This document shows, one piece after another, positions 40,369-53,934 of a DNA stretch of 64,000 nt. The notes under the pieces are model-generated. The model ran no database searches, was not told the DNA's origin, and worked only from the letters and a program-made list of their open reading frames with translations. Made by a program: the position numbers and the translations under genes. How positions within the stretch are numbered: position 1 is the stretch's first letter; the number at the start of each line of letters is the position of its first letter. Origin of the DNA: Octopus vulgaris (Eukaryota). Location: NCBI GenBank assembly GCA_951406725.2, contig OX597830.1, forward strand, positions 2,418,001 through 2,482,000, given 5' to 3'.

Positions 40369-40979
40369 TGTATGCATGTATGTATGTATGTATGTATGTA
40401 TGTATGTATGTATGTACATATGCATATAAATGTATATGTATGCATGTTTTTATATATATATATATATATATATACATGCATACATATATGCATATATATA
40501 TGTATGCATGTATGTATGTATATATATAAGCATATATCCATGTGTGAGTTTCCATGTATGTATACTGTTGTTGTTGTTGTTTAGCCGAAAGCATTTCCGC
40601 CAAGAACATCAGGTTTTTCCTTAAAGCTATTTTGAATAATTGTATTAAGATGATAGCCTGTGAATTAAGAATGTTTTAGCTGCTATTTCTTGCAAGTCAC
40701 GTGACTACATAGAAAATTCTCTTGTGACGACATCTAGTCAATTCTCTGTTGTGAGTTTGATTTTGCAGCATTTGTTTCTTGCTTCGGATTGAAATATTCT
40801 TAACAATTACGTCACTGTCTATTCTGAGATTTCAAAAAATGACTCTTTTACCAAAGATAGCCATTTGCCTACTCCAAATATTTGACTTTACCTAAGTAGG
40901 AAATTTAGTATACTGTATATATTTATATGCCTGTGAATAGATGTGTGTGTATATACAAACACATATATATATAAGTATA

Positions 40980-41211
40980 TAGTAATCCCTCAACTGTCGC
41001 AGGTGTTACGTTCCAATCCCCCCACACACACATCACAAAAGGTGAAAATCAGCAAAGTAGAAACAGTACTCTAGTGTATATGTTTTTTAATATTTTTATA
41101 ATTTGTATATAGTTATTTTGTTATAAATGCAAAACAACACCAAAGAGGAATCGATGTAAACTTAAATAATAAACCATGAGAGGTGAACTACAATACGGCA
41201 AGGACTTATTG
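40980..41211. mobile_element. Tigger/pogo-like MITE with TA TSD
   Basis: Ends 'ta|tagtaatccctcaactgtcgc' and 'caatacggcaaggacttattg|ta' resemble CAGTAATCCCTCG-type TIRs. Confidence 0.6.
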
Positions 41212-41634
41212 TACGTGTGTGTGTGTGTATGTATGTATATGCATATAATCTGTATATATATATATCTATGTGCATATGTAAACAAATAAAACTGCCTGGA
41301 TTTGATACACAAAATATATTTAAATGTATAAATGTAAAAAGAGAGAAAGCAACAATGAATATTCAAACATGAGTATATAGATCTTTATAAACTAAGAAAG
41401 TAAACTTACACAGAGTACAAAAGGCAGAGGAAATTAAAGGGGAAATGGTATGGGGTTACAAGTCTGACAGCTGTTTCTGGAGACTTGGAGTTACTTCTTA
41501 ATGTTTTTGTAGATGAAGTTCGCAGGAATATACAACCATTAATGGAAAGCAAGCAAACATCAGATATAGCTGGCCTCCAGCTTCAGGGAAGAGAGATAAG
41601 TTAGACATTTATGTCTTAATATATAAATATCTAT

Positions 41635-41840
41635 AAGGCAGCATGCTGGCAGAAATGTTAGCATGCCGGGTGAAATACCTCATCTGTCTTTACGTTCTGA
41701 GATCAGATTCCACCAAGGTTGATTTTGCCTTTCATCCTTTCAGGGTTGATAAATTAAGTACCAGTTGCATACTGGGTTTGATCTAATCGACTGGCCTTAC
41801 TTCCCAAAAATGTCAAGCCTTGTGCCAAGAACAGAAAAGA
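41635..41840 (+). mobile_element. SINE family A
   Basis: Full head, core and tail; degenerate TSD 'aatatataa.ta.ctat'. Confidence 0.85.
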
Positions 41841-42128
41841 ATATATAACTACCTATATATTTATACTTGAATATTCACTGTCTTAAAACCTTCACTCTTT
41901 GCTTTCTCTTTATTTGCTTGTATACATGTCTATATATTTCATATATCAAACCCAAGCAGTTTTATTCGCTTATTTGCATCACTGCCTCCATATCTGGTCA
42001 CCTGGATTCCACTTAATGCCACTCTTTACCCTGTGGACTTGGTCCTCAGTAACGGTTTTGGAATGGAAGTTCAACTCTTTTGAGTGCAATGGATTTCCAT
42101 ATTGAGAATCTCTGGGTCCCATCACCTT

Positions 42129-42181
<53 letters not shown>

Positions 42182-42223
42182 TAAGAAAGTTGGTTTGTGA
42201 AAGCACGTGGGTGAATATATAAA

Positions 42224-42478
42224 AAATAGTAAAGAGTGAAAAAACGACAGAAGGCTTAAATGTTAAAAAATATATATATTTGCGTCAATATGTCTGAAGA
42301 ATATTAGAAAATTTTAAAAAAAAATTTTTTTCCCTTTATAATGACATAATTTTAAAAAATTATGTCATTATAAAGGAAAAAAAATTTTTAAAAAAATTTT
42401 CTAATTTTCTTCAGACATATTGACGCAAATATATATATTTTTTAACATTTAAGCCTTCTGTCGTTTTTTCACTCTTTA

Positions 42479-42484
<6 letters not shown>
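42224..42484. repeat. Near-perfect 261-bp palindrome between (TA)n arrays
   Basis: Arms of about 130 bp, centre at 42354-42355, essentially no spacer. Confidence 0.9.
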
Positions 42485-42523
<39 letters not shown>

Positions 42524-42524
42524 G

Positions 42525-42905
42525 GCAATCTGTCATTTACAATGACAAGGGTTCCAGTTAATCCGATCAACAGAACGGCTTGCTTGTGAAATTAATGTCT
42601 AAGTGGCTGAACACACTACAGACATGTGTACCCTCAACGTAGTTCTTGGGGAGATTCACTGTGACACAGGGTGTGATAAGGCAGACCTTTTGAAATAAAG
42701 GTATGACAGAAACAGGAAGAAAGAGTGAGAAAAAAGTTGTGATGAAAGAGTACAGTAGGGTTTGCCACCCAACCCTCTGCCAGAGCCTCGTGGAGTTTTA
42801 GGTGTTTTTGCTTAATAAACACTCACAATGCCTGGTCTGGGAATTGAAACCACAATCCTATGACCATGAGGTTGCTATGCTAACCACTGGACCATTGCGC
42901 CTCCA
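42525..42905 (-). mobile_element. SINE family C
   Basis: 'ggttccagttaatccgatcaac...gtgaaattaatg..aagtggctg...gggagattca' and a tRNA-like head; matches 58500 and 62850. Confidence 0.85.
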
Positions 42906-42932
42906 TACATACATAAATACATACATACATAT

Positions 42933-43140
42933 ATGGCTGTTGCCAGTGTCATGTAAATGGCCCCTGTACCAGTGGCATGCAAAATACATCCATTACACTC
43001 ACAGAGTGTTTGGCATCCAGCCATAGATACAGTGCAAAATCAGGCTGGGACGCAAGGGCATCTCTTTGGCTTACCAGTTTCAGTCTAACTATTTAATCAA
43101 TGCCAGCAGGGAAAGTGGACTTTAAATGATGATGATGATG
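42933..43140 (+). mobile_element. SINE family B, diverged
   Basis: 'ggcatccagcc...aatgccagcagggaaagtggactttaaatgatgatgat'. Confidence 0.75.
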
Positions 43141-43152
43141 TCGATGAAAATT

Positions 43153-43188
<36 letters not shown>

Positions 43189-43218
43189 TCAAAATAAAAA
43201 CATGATTCAAAGGATTTA

Positions 43219-43306
43219 GCGGTACATATGTTTCGAGCCTTTATTAGACGGTTTTATAACAATGCATAATTGATGTAAATGTGTGTCTATGGCCTTCTTC
43301 AGCCGC
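43219..43306 (-). ncRNA. Type I hammerhead ribozyme (Penelope/retrozyme type), intact core
   Basis: Minus strand: GCGG-CUGAAGA-AGGCC...GGCUC-GAAA-CAUAUG-UA-CCGC. Stem I GCGG/CCGC, palindromic stem III, GUA cleavage triplet. Confidence 0.75.
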
Positions 43307-43682
43307 GTATATGTGTGTGTGTGTGTGTCTGTATGTATAATGGACTTTCTTAGAGTTTCTGTGTTCCATTCACTCCCCCCATAAATCTATAATAGAAGGT
43401 AGAAGCCGTTTGCCCAAGATACCACACAGCACAGTCAAACTATGACACCAGATGGTTGTGAGGTAAACTTCTCAACAACTTGGTTCTTCTTTATCACAGT
43501 TGTTCTGGATGTGTAGCAACGGTGATGTTATGCCATCAATGTCTGTCTTTGACCTACCATAATACCAGCAACAGCCCAGTTTCTAGATCAGAAACTGTAT
43601 CAATAACATTATTACATTTATGAATTTGTTTTGAAAGATTCCTGGTGTGAGTGAAATCGTGGGTTCAAACAGATTTTCTTAC

Positions 43683-43758
43683 ATTTGGGGCTGGTCGTTT
43701 TATTTATTTATTTTGTCAAATAATCATATGCACTATGTACCTCTTTCTTCACTTCAAC

Positions 43759-43833
<75 letters not shown>

Positions 43834-44056
43834 TTAGTGTCCTTTGTCTGAAATCATTCATCACATGTCTTTTGGCCTCTTCAGTGACTCTCCCTCACGT
43901 GTCCCTTGCTGTTCTGTTTGGTCTGTTCTCAGTAGTTGAAAGATTTCAGCCCAAAGACACAAAGATCAGAACAATAATAAAGTTGAAAGGAATGAATAAG
44001 TTAATGGTGCATGTGATCATTTGACAAAAAAAAAAAAAATGACCATCCCCAAACAT
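43683..44056. mobile_element. Diverged MITE-like element with ~85-bp inverted arms and an internal (TTA)n
   Basis: 43683-43767 'tttggggctggtcg...ttgtcaaataatcatatgcac...ttcaactttattatt' vs the RC of 43973-44056. Confidence 0.6.
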
Positions 44057-44813
44057 AGCAAAAACTTCATTGTTATTATGTATTAATTTCTATTCCTTTG
44101 CGATCTGCATTAAATTATTAATTTCTAGATTTTTCTCAAATTCTCAACATTCCTTCATTCCTACTATGAAGAAACACTGTGGAGCTAAATGAAAGAATTT
44201 TGGCTTTGGAAGAGCTCAGGTGTGACTGAAGTAAAAAAACACAACAGGAGATGGTTCCAACATCAACACAAAGTTGGCGCTGACATCAATGCCAATGTTA
44301 CAAGATCATTACAGAAGTATATCAAAAGCAACTTGGCATTGCATGATTGTGAATTCGTAATTTTAGGGACAAAGGTAGAACTGTGGTTGTGTGGTCAACA
44401 AGTTGGGTTTGTAATTATTGGGTCTCCAGGTTCAATCACAGTAAGCCACAATGTCTTAAATGCTTTGCCAACGAAATTGGCAAAACAGAAATTGTACATA
44501 GATGTGAAAAAGTATGCATGTGTGTGTGTGTGTGTGTGTAATACAAAGGTTGTGATTTAAGTTCCCTCCCAAGTATGGTACAACAAGAAAATGGTAAACA
44601 GAATTGCCTGCAGGAACCAAACCAAATATCTGCAAAATATTGTTCAGATGTGATAACCATTTCACAAAACAATCCTGCCAACTTCTGCCATAGAATGAAT
44701 AAACTGTAAATAAACTGCTTCATCAGCTGCCATTATTTACTTCCATTTGTACCACACAAACACTTTGTTGGTGTTTTGATAACATCATAGTATCCAGTAT
44801 GGAGCTCATCCAT

Positions 44814-44814
44814 T

Positions 44815-44911
<97 letters not shown>
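44814..44911. repeat. (TATC)n microsatellite
   Basis: Direct reading. Confidence 0.95.
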
Positions 44912-44912
<1 letters not shown>

Positions 44913-46253
44913 GTTTCTCTCTCTCTCTTTCTCAATATATGTATATATATATATATATATATATAGGTTTGTGTATGTATGTATCCTTGTATATAAGTAT
45001 GCACACACACTCCCAAACACATATGTGTGTGTTTTGTAATTTAAGTGGGATGTGAAATGACACAATAATAGGCAATGAGAATAATTAATTAATACATTGA
45101 TATCCATTGAATCTCTCCATTTGCAAACTTAATAATAACATATTATATATATATATACATATATATATATACACATAAATAAAACATTACATAGAGTTCT
45201 ACGATCAGCATGGAGAAAGTTAAAAATGAAGAAAAGATTCAGTTGCCATTGAAATATTGAAGGGATTTCAGAAATGACAATATTTCATAAACTAAATGGA
45301 ATATTGCTTTTTTTCTGCAATAACACACAATAAACTAGATTGAAGAGTAAAAACAAACCCTAAAAATCAAAAGAAGGCAGTTGCATATTATAGCATCCCC
45401 ACCATTTCAGTCTTAAAAGTAAATTTCGCTACTTTCTGTCATATTGGTCTTTAAATAATAGCATCATTTTTTTAATATTTTATTTTATTTTTGTCTAAAT
45501 TATTGGATTTTCTGAAATTTCTTTTGTTTCATTTCCCATACTATAGGACCTATGCAGCATTATTTATGTAAAATATGGGCCACTATAATGCATAAAAATA
45601 CCCAAAGGAAATTTACATATCATAACAATTTTGAACATATTTTAATTCCAGGACGAATGTTTACTCGGAAGTGAAAAAATGTTCCAGTATTAAGATTGAA
45701 AACAAAACCATGAAATACATGGAGAAATTCTCTGCAGACTGAAAGAATGTGAATTAAAATTTTTTAGCCAAAAAATATTATTATAGCAGGAAATAGAAAT
45801 AATTTCATCAAGTAATCCTGTAGTGATACTAACTCAATTCAACTTGAACATTTACAACTGTAACTATAAATACACAACTTCATGGGTAGAAGTATATATC
45901 AGATTATATCGACCCAGGGAGGTCAATAACTGAGCTTCTATATGAGGGGTTGAAGCTGCTGTGCAGCCAAATCTTCTTCCAGTCACACACAACACTCTAA
46001 TGAGAAGTTCTGCTGGATAATGCGGCCATTCAAGAAGAAAAGAAAGTATGGTCATTGCTTGGTTGTTTTTTAATCCTGGGTCTTTCTCTCTTCTAACAGA
46101 GCTGAACTGGGTGTTGGACAATAGTAGCAACAACAACAATGACAACAACAACTGATTTCCAAAAATGAAATGTCTCTCAATGTTTTATAATGTTCAGAGT
46201 TGAGTGTCACTTTGAAACATAATTTGTGTTTAGAACCCCTGATCAGCCTTAAT

Positions 46254-46300
<47 letters not shown>

Positions 46301-47385
46301 CATACTACCTGGATAGCCCTTTGTTGCCGGGCAATTTTTACAATAGAATGTCTTGTATAAATCCCTGACAAATAGGCCTCTTCACCAGAACAGATTTGTG
46401 TAAATTTTTCGCAAAAACTTCATTGAGGATTATTCATTTTTAATACATGTCTGTTCGACCACTTCGCATGACTTTATTCATTAAAACTTATTAAAACTTC
46501 AGAATTTCTTACAGCTTTAGTTATTGTCATGCTTTGCTTTCATTTCTTTAAAAACATTCCTCCTCATAATGATTTTGCTTTCATTTTGTGATAGACAGCT
46601 ATCATGCAGAAAATGTCAGCTTCCAAGTCCTGTTTACAGATTCGGTAAAATTGATTAAACTTTAAACCTCAGTAACATTATACTGCAATTTTTCTGGAAC
46701 AAATAAATAACAAAATCGGATTTAGTGTGGAAAAATATTTCAATATACCAAATTTGGAAATTTCGACCTAATTTTAGAATTTCACAATATGTAACAGTGA
46801 CAGGGAAGACACTACAAACATTGAGAGACAGACAGTTATAGGATGTCACACATACACAAACACACACACACACACACACACATTTACAAACATACACACA
46901 GGTAATCACAAGTTTAAAATCATGTATAGTAGACATATGTATATATGTATGCATGTGGGTGTGTCTGTGTGTGAGTGTTTCTTTGCAATGGACAGCAGAA
47001 AATCCACCTACACCTTTGTTTGTATTCGTCATCATGTGTATATGACAACTGTATTAACATTATCATCCCACTGTCCCTCCATGTCTGTCGCTTACATAGT
47101 GCTGCTCTCCTCTTCCCTGATAATAAGTCACATTTATTATGCCACCACATTTCCCTCAAACTAACACTCTTGTATCCTTTTCATTTTATCCTTTAATAGT
47201 CCAACCGCACTAGGTGTCCCATTATAGATTTTTATTGAAATCTAATTAGCCTATAATTGAACTGCATGCTAGTTTAACATGTATGCTAAGTTTTGAGAAG
47301 ATTGGTTCTCTGGTGTATGCAGCAAGATGGTAACAGACAGAAAGACAGAAATTGCTATTTATATATATATATATATATATGTATG

Positions 47386-47419
<34 letters not shown>

Positions 47420-48873
47420 TGTATGTATGTATGTATGTATATGGGGGTGTAGTTTTACATACATGAACACGCACACATTATTAATGGTCATAATAACAAG
47501 CAGCTGCGTTGAAGAAAACCTCAGATCAGCTAAAAATATTAGAGACAGAAATCATAAATTAGTGTGATACAATCCTGTATTTGATGTAGCTGTGTTAATA
47601 GTCAGGCTTTTTTTAAAGCTTTGAATAAACAAACCAATCTACAAATGCACAAAGACCTTTAATAAAATCACTATGCAGTTATCATATTCCACGAGCCCTT
47701 AAGTTATAAATATACCTTCCTGTTACAACATAGATAAAGCAACAAATAAAAATCAAACTGAAATAATCAGAACAATTTCAATATTCATAACAGCTGCCCA
47801 TTTTGAATCTGAACATCTTGAAAAGGACATTACCAATGTGAACTGAGGACCGAAAACTTTAGTAGCTTTTATAGTAACTGTATATATAAACCTTTTTAAA
47901 ATTTAATGTAACCAATGTACTGATACATTTAGGGATAGAAAATGTAGAAATAAATTACCTCTTCTTGCAATTTATATGGTGAATGAAAAATAACAATATA
48001 CAATACAAAATTAAATTGCCAAATGCTTTATAGTAAAAAAAAAAGCCTTACAAGAGAAATGATAAAACATTGAATTTGTGCAGAGGTGAGGCCTACAAAA
48101 TTCTATTCATCAAGAAACTTTTAATAAACATTTGGAAAGTGTTTGTCCATATTTCTATAAAATATTCATTCAAAATTTTTAAACAATTTACATCGATTTC
48201 ATTTCTGATGAGTTCTTTTTTCTTTCTTTCTTATTAATATTTTAACCTCTTACTTTTTGCCTTTTTTTACTTCATTTTTATTTTTCATTTGATACAATAT
48301 CTTCATATTTCTTCATATATTTATATTTTCATATTTTTCCTTTATTATATACCTTTTTATATATTTTTTATATATTTTTTACTTTCCAATTTTATAAATA
48401 TCTATTTCTGTCATGTATTTGCTTTTTTACCTATTTTTTTAGTTATTTTATAAATCTATAACTTTCTTCACTGTCCTTTCTATTTCTTTAGAAATAATGT
48501 TTAAATATTAAATGACACATCCAAATCTAAACCCTATTTTACTTGGTTTTTATTTGTGCCATCATTGTAAACCTGTTGAATCTGTTAATAGTTTTCAAAT
48601 TTCTTTCTGAATTACAATTTTAAATTTAAATTTGTTTTCTTAAAAATTTCTAAAAAACATATTCTTAAAAAAAGTTTTACATATGTATTTTTTAGAAAAT
48701 TCTTAAAAAGATTTTTATTTTGAAAATTTTGGGAAAATATTCTATCTTGCCTCATCAAAATATTTTCTCATAACTAAATTCTTACATTTTAAAATTATCT
48801 TACAATTTGATTTAAATATTCTTCTTAAAATTAGTTTTTAATAAAATTAAAAAATTATCTCTCAATAAAAATA

Positions 48874-49084
48874 TTCTATTCTACTGTAGGCACAAGGCCC
48901 AAAACTTTTTGCTGGGGGGGGGGGCAGTCAATTAGATCGACCCTAGTATGCAACAGGTACTTAATTTATCGAGGATGAAAGGCAAGGTCGACCTCAGCGG
49001 AATTTGAACTCAGAGCGTAAAGACATACAAAATACCGCTAAGCATTTTGCCTGGCATGCTAACATTTCTGCCAGCTCACCACCT
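48874..49084 (-). mobile_element. SINE family A
   Basis: Full head, core and 'aggcacaaggccc' tail. Confidence 0.9.
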
Positions 49085-49261
49085 TTTTCAATAGGAACCT
49101 TATCCTAAAACCATGTCTAAAGAGGTCAGCAGTTCCCTACTTTAACACAATCAATTTCTGTATAATCCACATCCAAATTCACTTCTACAGAGGATTGAGG
49201 ATCCCAAATTAGCCATTATCTTTCTCAACTAACTCTACATCTTTTTGCTGTTATTTTTTTT

Positions 49262-49647
49262 CCGTCATTAGACTGTGGCCAAGCTGAAGCGCCACCTTGA
49301 AGAAATTTTAGTTGGAAAAAATTGACTCCAGCACTTTATCTCTGAAGTTTACCGCTTATTCTGTTGGACTCTTTTGCCAAACCACTAAGTTATGGGGATG
49401 TAAACAAACCAACACTGGCTGCCAAGTAATGATAGGGGACAAACACAGAAATAAACACACATAGATATTTGTAGACACATAAATATACAATGGGATTTTT
49501 TTCAGTTTCCCCTCTACCAAATCCATTCACAAGGCTTTGGATAGCCCAAGGTTTTAGTATAAGACACTTGCTCAATTGACCAAGCAGCAGGACTGAACCT
49601 GGAATTATGTGGTTGGAAAGCAAACTTCATACCACACAGCCACACCT
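49262..49647 (-). mobile_element. SINE family D
   Basis: Homologous to 23715-24081. Confidence 0.8.
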
Positions 49648-50249
49648 AAAACATTCCAAATCAAATACTTCCCCTACTTAGAAAATGAACTTTTAATCCA
49701 TTTCCATACAAAATATGACAATATAACTATATCAAAAATACATAACAAAAAAGAAATGTCACAATCCATTGTTATTTAAAATGAACTCAGTGTGTAAAGC
49801 ATTAAAAACACCACTGAACCATCACAAAACAAAAACAATTTATTGACATAAATTCAAGTAAAAAAATCTCCATTGTTTACAAGACAATACCTCACACCAT
49901 CGCAAAAGCAGCCCCTCCTACCATAAGATTTCTATTCTTCCTTCTCTCATGCAAAAGTCTTTATTCACAAGACATAGACAGGTTTTGTTTTATGAAATGA
50001 AAATCTTTGAATGATATGGAAAGATTGTACACCTGTATCAGTCATCATTTTCAGCAAAAATAATTAATTACTCCTCTTAGTTGCAGGGAATATTCAATAC
50101 TTTCTATAGGTCATGGTCTGCCCTGCTCCTTAGAAGCAATTCCAAACTATACATACAGGTATATATACACTCGCACACACATGTATATACATATATATAT
50201 ATATATCATCATCATCATTGACGTGAAACGACGACAATGATGATGACAG

Positions 50250-50280
<31 letters not shown>

Positions 50281-50542
50281 TATATATGCAAATCCATAAA
50301 CAAAGAAAAGTAGGAAAACCAACAGAAGTCAATTGAATGTTCACAGGGAATAAATTAGACTTTTGTTCATTGAAAGTTTCAGACGAAGAAAGAGTCGTAG
50401 AAATGACATTTTGAACATGGCTATGGAAATATATATGTACAAACACACATGCACAACTATAAATGCACATACATACATACATACATATATATATATATAT
50501 ACACACAGACATATTTCTTTTTACACACAGACATATTTCTTT

Positions 50543-50751
50543 TTTACTCTAGGCACAAGGCCCAAAATTTTGGGGAGGGAGCTAGTTGATTAGATTGACC
50601 CAAGTACACAACTGGTACTTAAGTTATTGACCCCCAAAAGTATGAAAGGCAAAGTCGACCTCAGCAGAATTTGAACTCAGAATATAAAGAAAGACAAAAT
50701 ACTGCTAAGCACTTCGCACGGCATGTTAACAGTTCTGCCAGTTCACCACCT
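50543..50751 (-). mobile_element. SINE family A
   Basis: Full copy. Confidence 0.9.
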
Positions 50752-50769
50752 TCACACACACACAAACAT

Positions 50770-51088
50770 TGCATACCTTTATCTCCTTGACTGTATCGAG
50801 AACGATGAAACTTTTTGAAAACTTTGTGCAGGCCTTTGAGCCAAGCTTTTGGCAAAATCTAATCCAGATTCTCTGCTCAACTTCCTCTGTCATTGTCAAA
50901 TGTGACGATCTTACACTACACACCTTCCTTCCAAGCACTACTATACATAGCAGAAGTGAGCTAGAACGTTAAAGCTTAGTGCACATACACAGCATAGTTC
51001 AAGGTCAATCTGTGCCAAGCGGCTTTACTCAGCATGCTTTAGTTTCGTTACTATGGCAACTCCTGATACTTATTAATCAGATCTCATA
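50770..51088 (-). mobile_element. Mariner 5' end fragment
   Basis: MTEEVEQRIWIRFCQKLG is a typical mariner N-terminus; TIR-like 'tatgagatctgattaataagtatcagga' on the minus strand. Confidence 0.75.
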
Positions 51089-51184
51089 TACATACACATT
51101 TGTACACACAACACACACGTGCATATATGCATGCATGTATATCATACATGAATACATATAATAAAATGCAAGTATACATACATA

Positions 51185-51856
51185 TCAATGCAGACTCAGT
51201 GGAGTTAACACCAAAGATATCATGCACGTCATAAGCAGTTGTCTGAAAATGTCATCACAGTATTATCTACTGATGAGACAGGATATTGTAGCTAGGACAC
51301 TGCATAATGAAATCCATCGAAAGGACAACCCTGGAGACAAAGAGATAAGAACTCACAGTATGGTAGAAGCCATAGTCACTCACAATAAAAAGGAATTACT
51401 GGTGGACTGTCCCAGTGAAAACCTTAATAAAATGTAAGCACAACAGACCTGATATAATGATCCGTGATCGAGAATAGAAACTGTGCACAGCTGTGGGAAT
51501 CAGCTGCCCAGTGGATGTTAACATGAAGCTGAAGATCAGTGAAAAAGAGAACACATATGCTGAACTAGTGAGAAATCCGCAGTTACTCTTTCCAGATTAC
51601 AAGTTCAGGTTTATACCTGTATTTATTGGGACTCTGAGATATGTAACATACTGCTTAAATACGAATCTTGAGAAATTAGGCTTCTCAAAACCAGAAAGGA
51701 GAAAGCTGATCTGAAGAGTACAGATCTCATCCATCACTGGAACTGTAAAATCTGTAAAACTTTCCAAAAGTTTATCATTTAAGTACATATATGAGCATGT
51801 CTAGATATGCAACTATGTGTATGAGAATACATACATAAAACATACAAATCTACACA
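51185..51856 (+). mobile_element. Decayed R4/Dong-related RLE retrotransposon 3' end next to (TACA)n
   Basis: HVISSC.KMS..YY..RQD.VA, RPDIMI.D, ISCPVDVN...KISEKENTY.EL, FIPVFIGTL. Confidence 0.8.
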
Positions 51857-52751
51857 TACATACATGAATACATACATACATACATACATACATACATACA
51901 TGAATACATACATACATAGAGAAAGACAAACAGACATACAGCTTGTGTTTACCTTATTTAATATTTATATTTCATATTCAATCACGAAATGGACAATTTT
52001 TTTCCTATTTTAAATTTGTTTCCAAATTTTTAATAAGGAAAATGTAAATCAATTTTTGTCTGTGTCTTCCTATCTTGCAGTCTCCTCCTCCCCATCACTG
52101 CACTCTCTCTTTTTCTCTCTCTCTCTCTCTCCTTTTCTCCTTTTGCTTGTCTCTCTCCGTCTGTCTGTCTCTCTCTCTTTCTCTTTTGCATGAAAGTGTT
52201 ATGTTTTTCATTAGCAGCATTATAATTGAAGCAGAAATTGTTTTTAAAATCAAAATTGTCATTTAAAATTGAAACCCTGTGAGGATACGTTTCTACAAAA
52301 ACAAACAAAACAGAAAAAACAACAACAATATAAACAAATAAATAAACAAACAATAACTAACCGAATATATTACTTTCTTTTCATGTTCACATATTTAAAT
52401 TTTTAAAAATTTCAATCACAAAATAATAATATAGACATTTCATAGATAATGTGGTGCTTTTGGTTTTGGTTGGCATTTTATCATTATTGGTGATACTGCT
52501 GGTTTCTTTTATTTGAGTGTGGTTGTTTAATGAGTTGTGTGTGGTGTTTAGAATATTTGCTTGTAATATATTTTAGTTTTCTTTGTGCTTAATGAGAAGG
52601 TCACCACTGAGATGGCTTTGAAATTGGCATTTAGCTAAGTTTGTGTAAAAGAAAAATGAGAATTGTTAAAATCCTCTTCAATATAAATACAGATGATACA
52701 AAACAAAACAGAAAAAAAAACCTTCCTTGATATCACAAAAGTACATACATA

Positions 52752-52804
<53 letters not shown>

Positions 52805-52806
52805 CG

Positions 52807-52856
<50 letters not shown>

Positions 52857-53049
52857 CGTATATGTACATATATATGCATATGTGGGCACAGGACGTCATG
52901 AAACATGTACAACAAAAAAATATGAAGTATGAGTACATGGAACATGAACTATATTTTTCTTTCGAACAACGAAAGACACAAATGGAAAACAAATGCCCAC
53001 ATTTACATATACGTATAGATGTAGGTATGTACATATACATATGTATATA

Positions 53050-53094
<45 letters not shown>

Positions 53095-53696
53095 TACGTT
53101 ATTATATGATTGAATGCCACACATCCTCTTCCAAGTAAGTTTTATCAATATATATATAATATATATATATACATATATACATATATGTGTGTGTGCATAT
53201 ATATATATATATATATATACATTTATAGTTTAAATACTATATATAAATATATATATGTATATATATATAGTATATGTATATACATAAAGATAGTGATATG
53301 TAAATATATATATAGAATACCTATATATTTACATATATATAATATACATATAGCCACACACACACACACACACACACACACATGAAAACATTTTAATTTA
53401 TATTATGTATACAATATACATTTATTTTAATATGGATATCTATTTATATAGATCTATATATTTATCAATATACGTATATGTATGTTTGTGTTTATCTGTC
53501 TCTAACAGAAACATAAGTATTCTTCTCTCTGACCCCAGAACCTATCTTTCTTGCCCACTTTCCCTGTTCTTTAAAAATTGATAAAATCATTTGAAATTTC
53601 CTTGTAAAAAGCTCCACAGCCTTCAGCCGCACACAATCAGACACTTTTAAATGTGCTTCACGATAATGCAACACCTGCCCCTACATTAGCAATATT

Positions 53697-53900
53697 CGTT
53701 TCTATTCTAGGCACAAGGCCTGAAGTTTTGGGGGAGGAGGCCAGTTGACCCCAAAACAAAACTGGTACTTAATTTATCGACCCCAAAAGGATGATAGGCA
53801 AAGTCAATCTTGGTGGAATTTGAACTCAGAATGTAAAGACAGACGAAATACCTCTAAGCATTTTGTCCAGCATGCTAACGATTCTGCCAGCTCACCACCA
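53697..53900 (-). mobile_element. SINE family A with 17-bp TSD
   Basis: TSD cctacatta(g/a)caatatt on both sides. Confidence 0.92.
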
Positions 53901-53934
53901 TTCCTACATTAACAATATTACTTCCAACACTAAG

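Noticed and set aside
44180-44365. Possible small exon (VELNERILALEEL) or 123-aa ORF
   Set aside because: Weak acceptor; the ORF runs into a SINE head and (TG)n.
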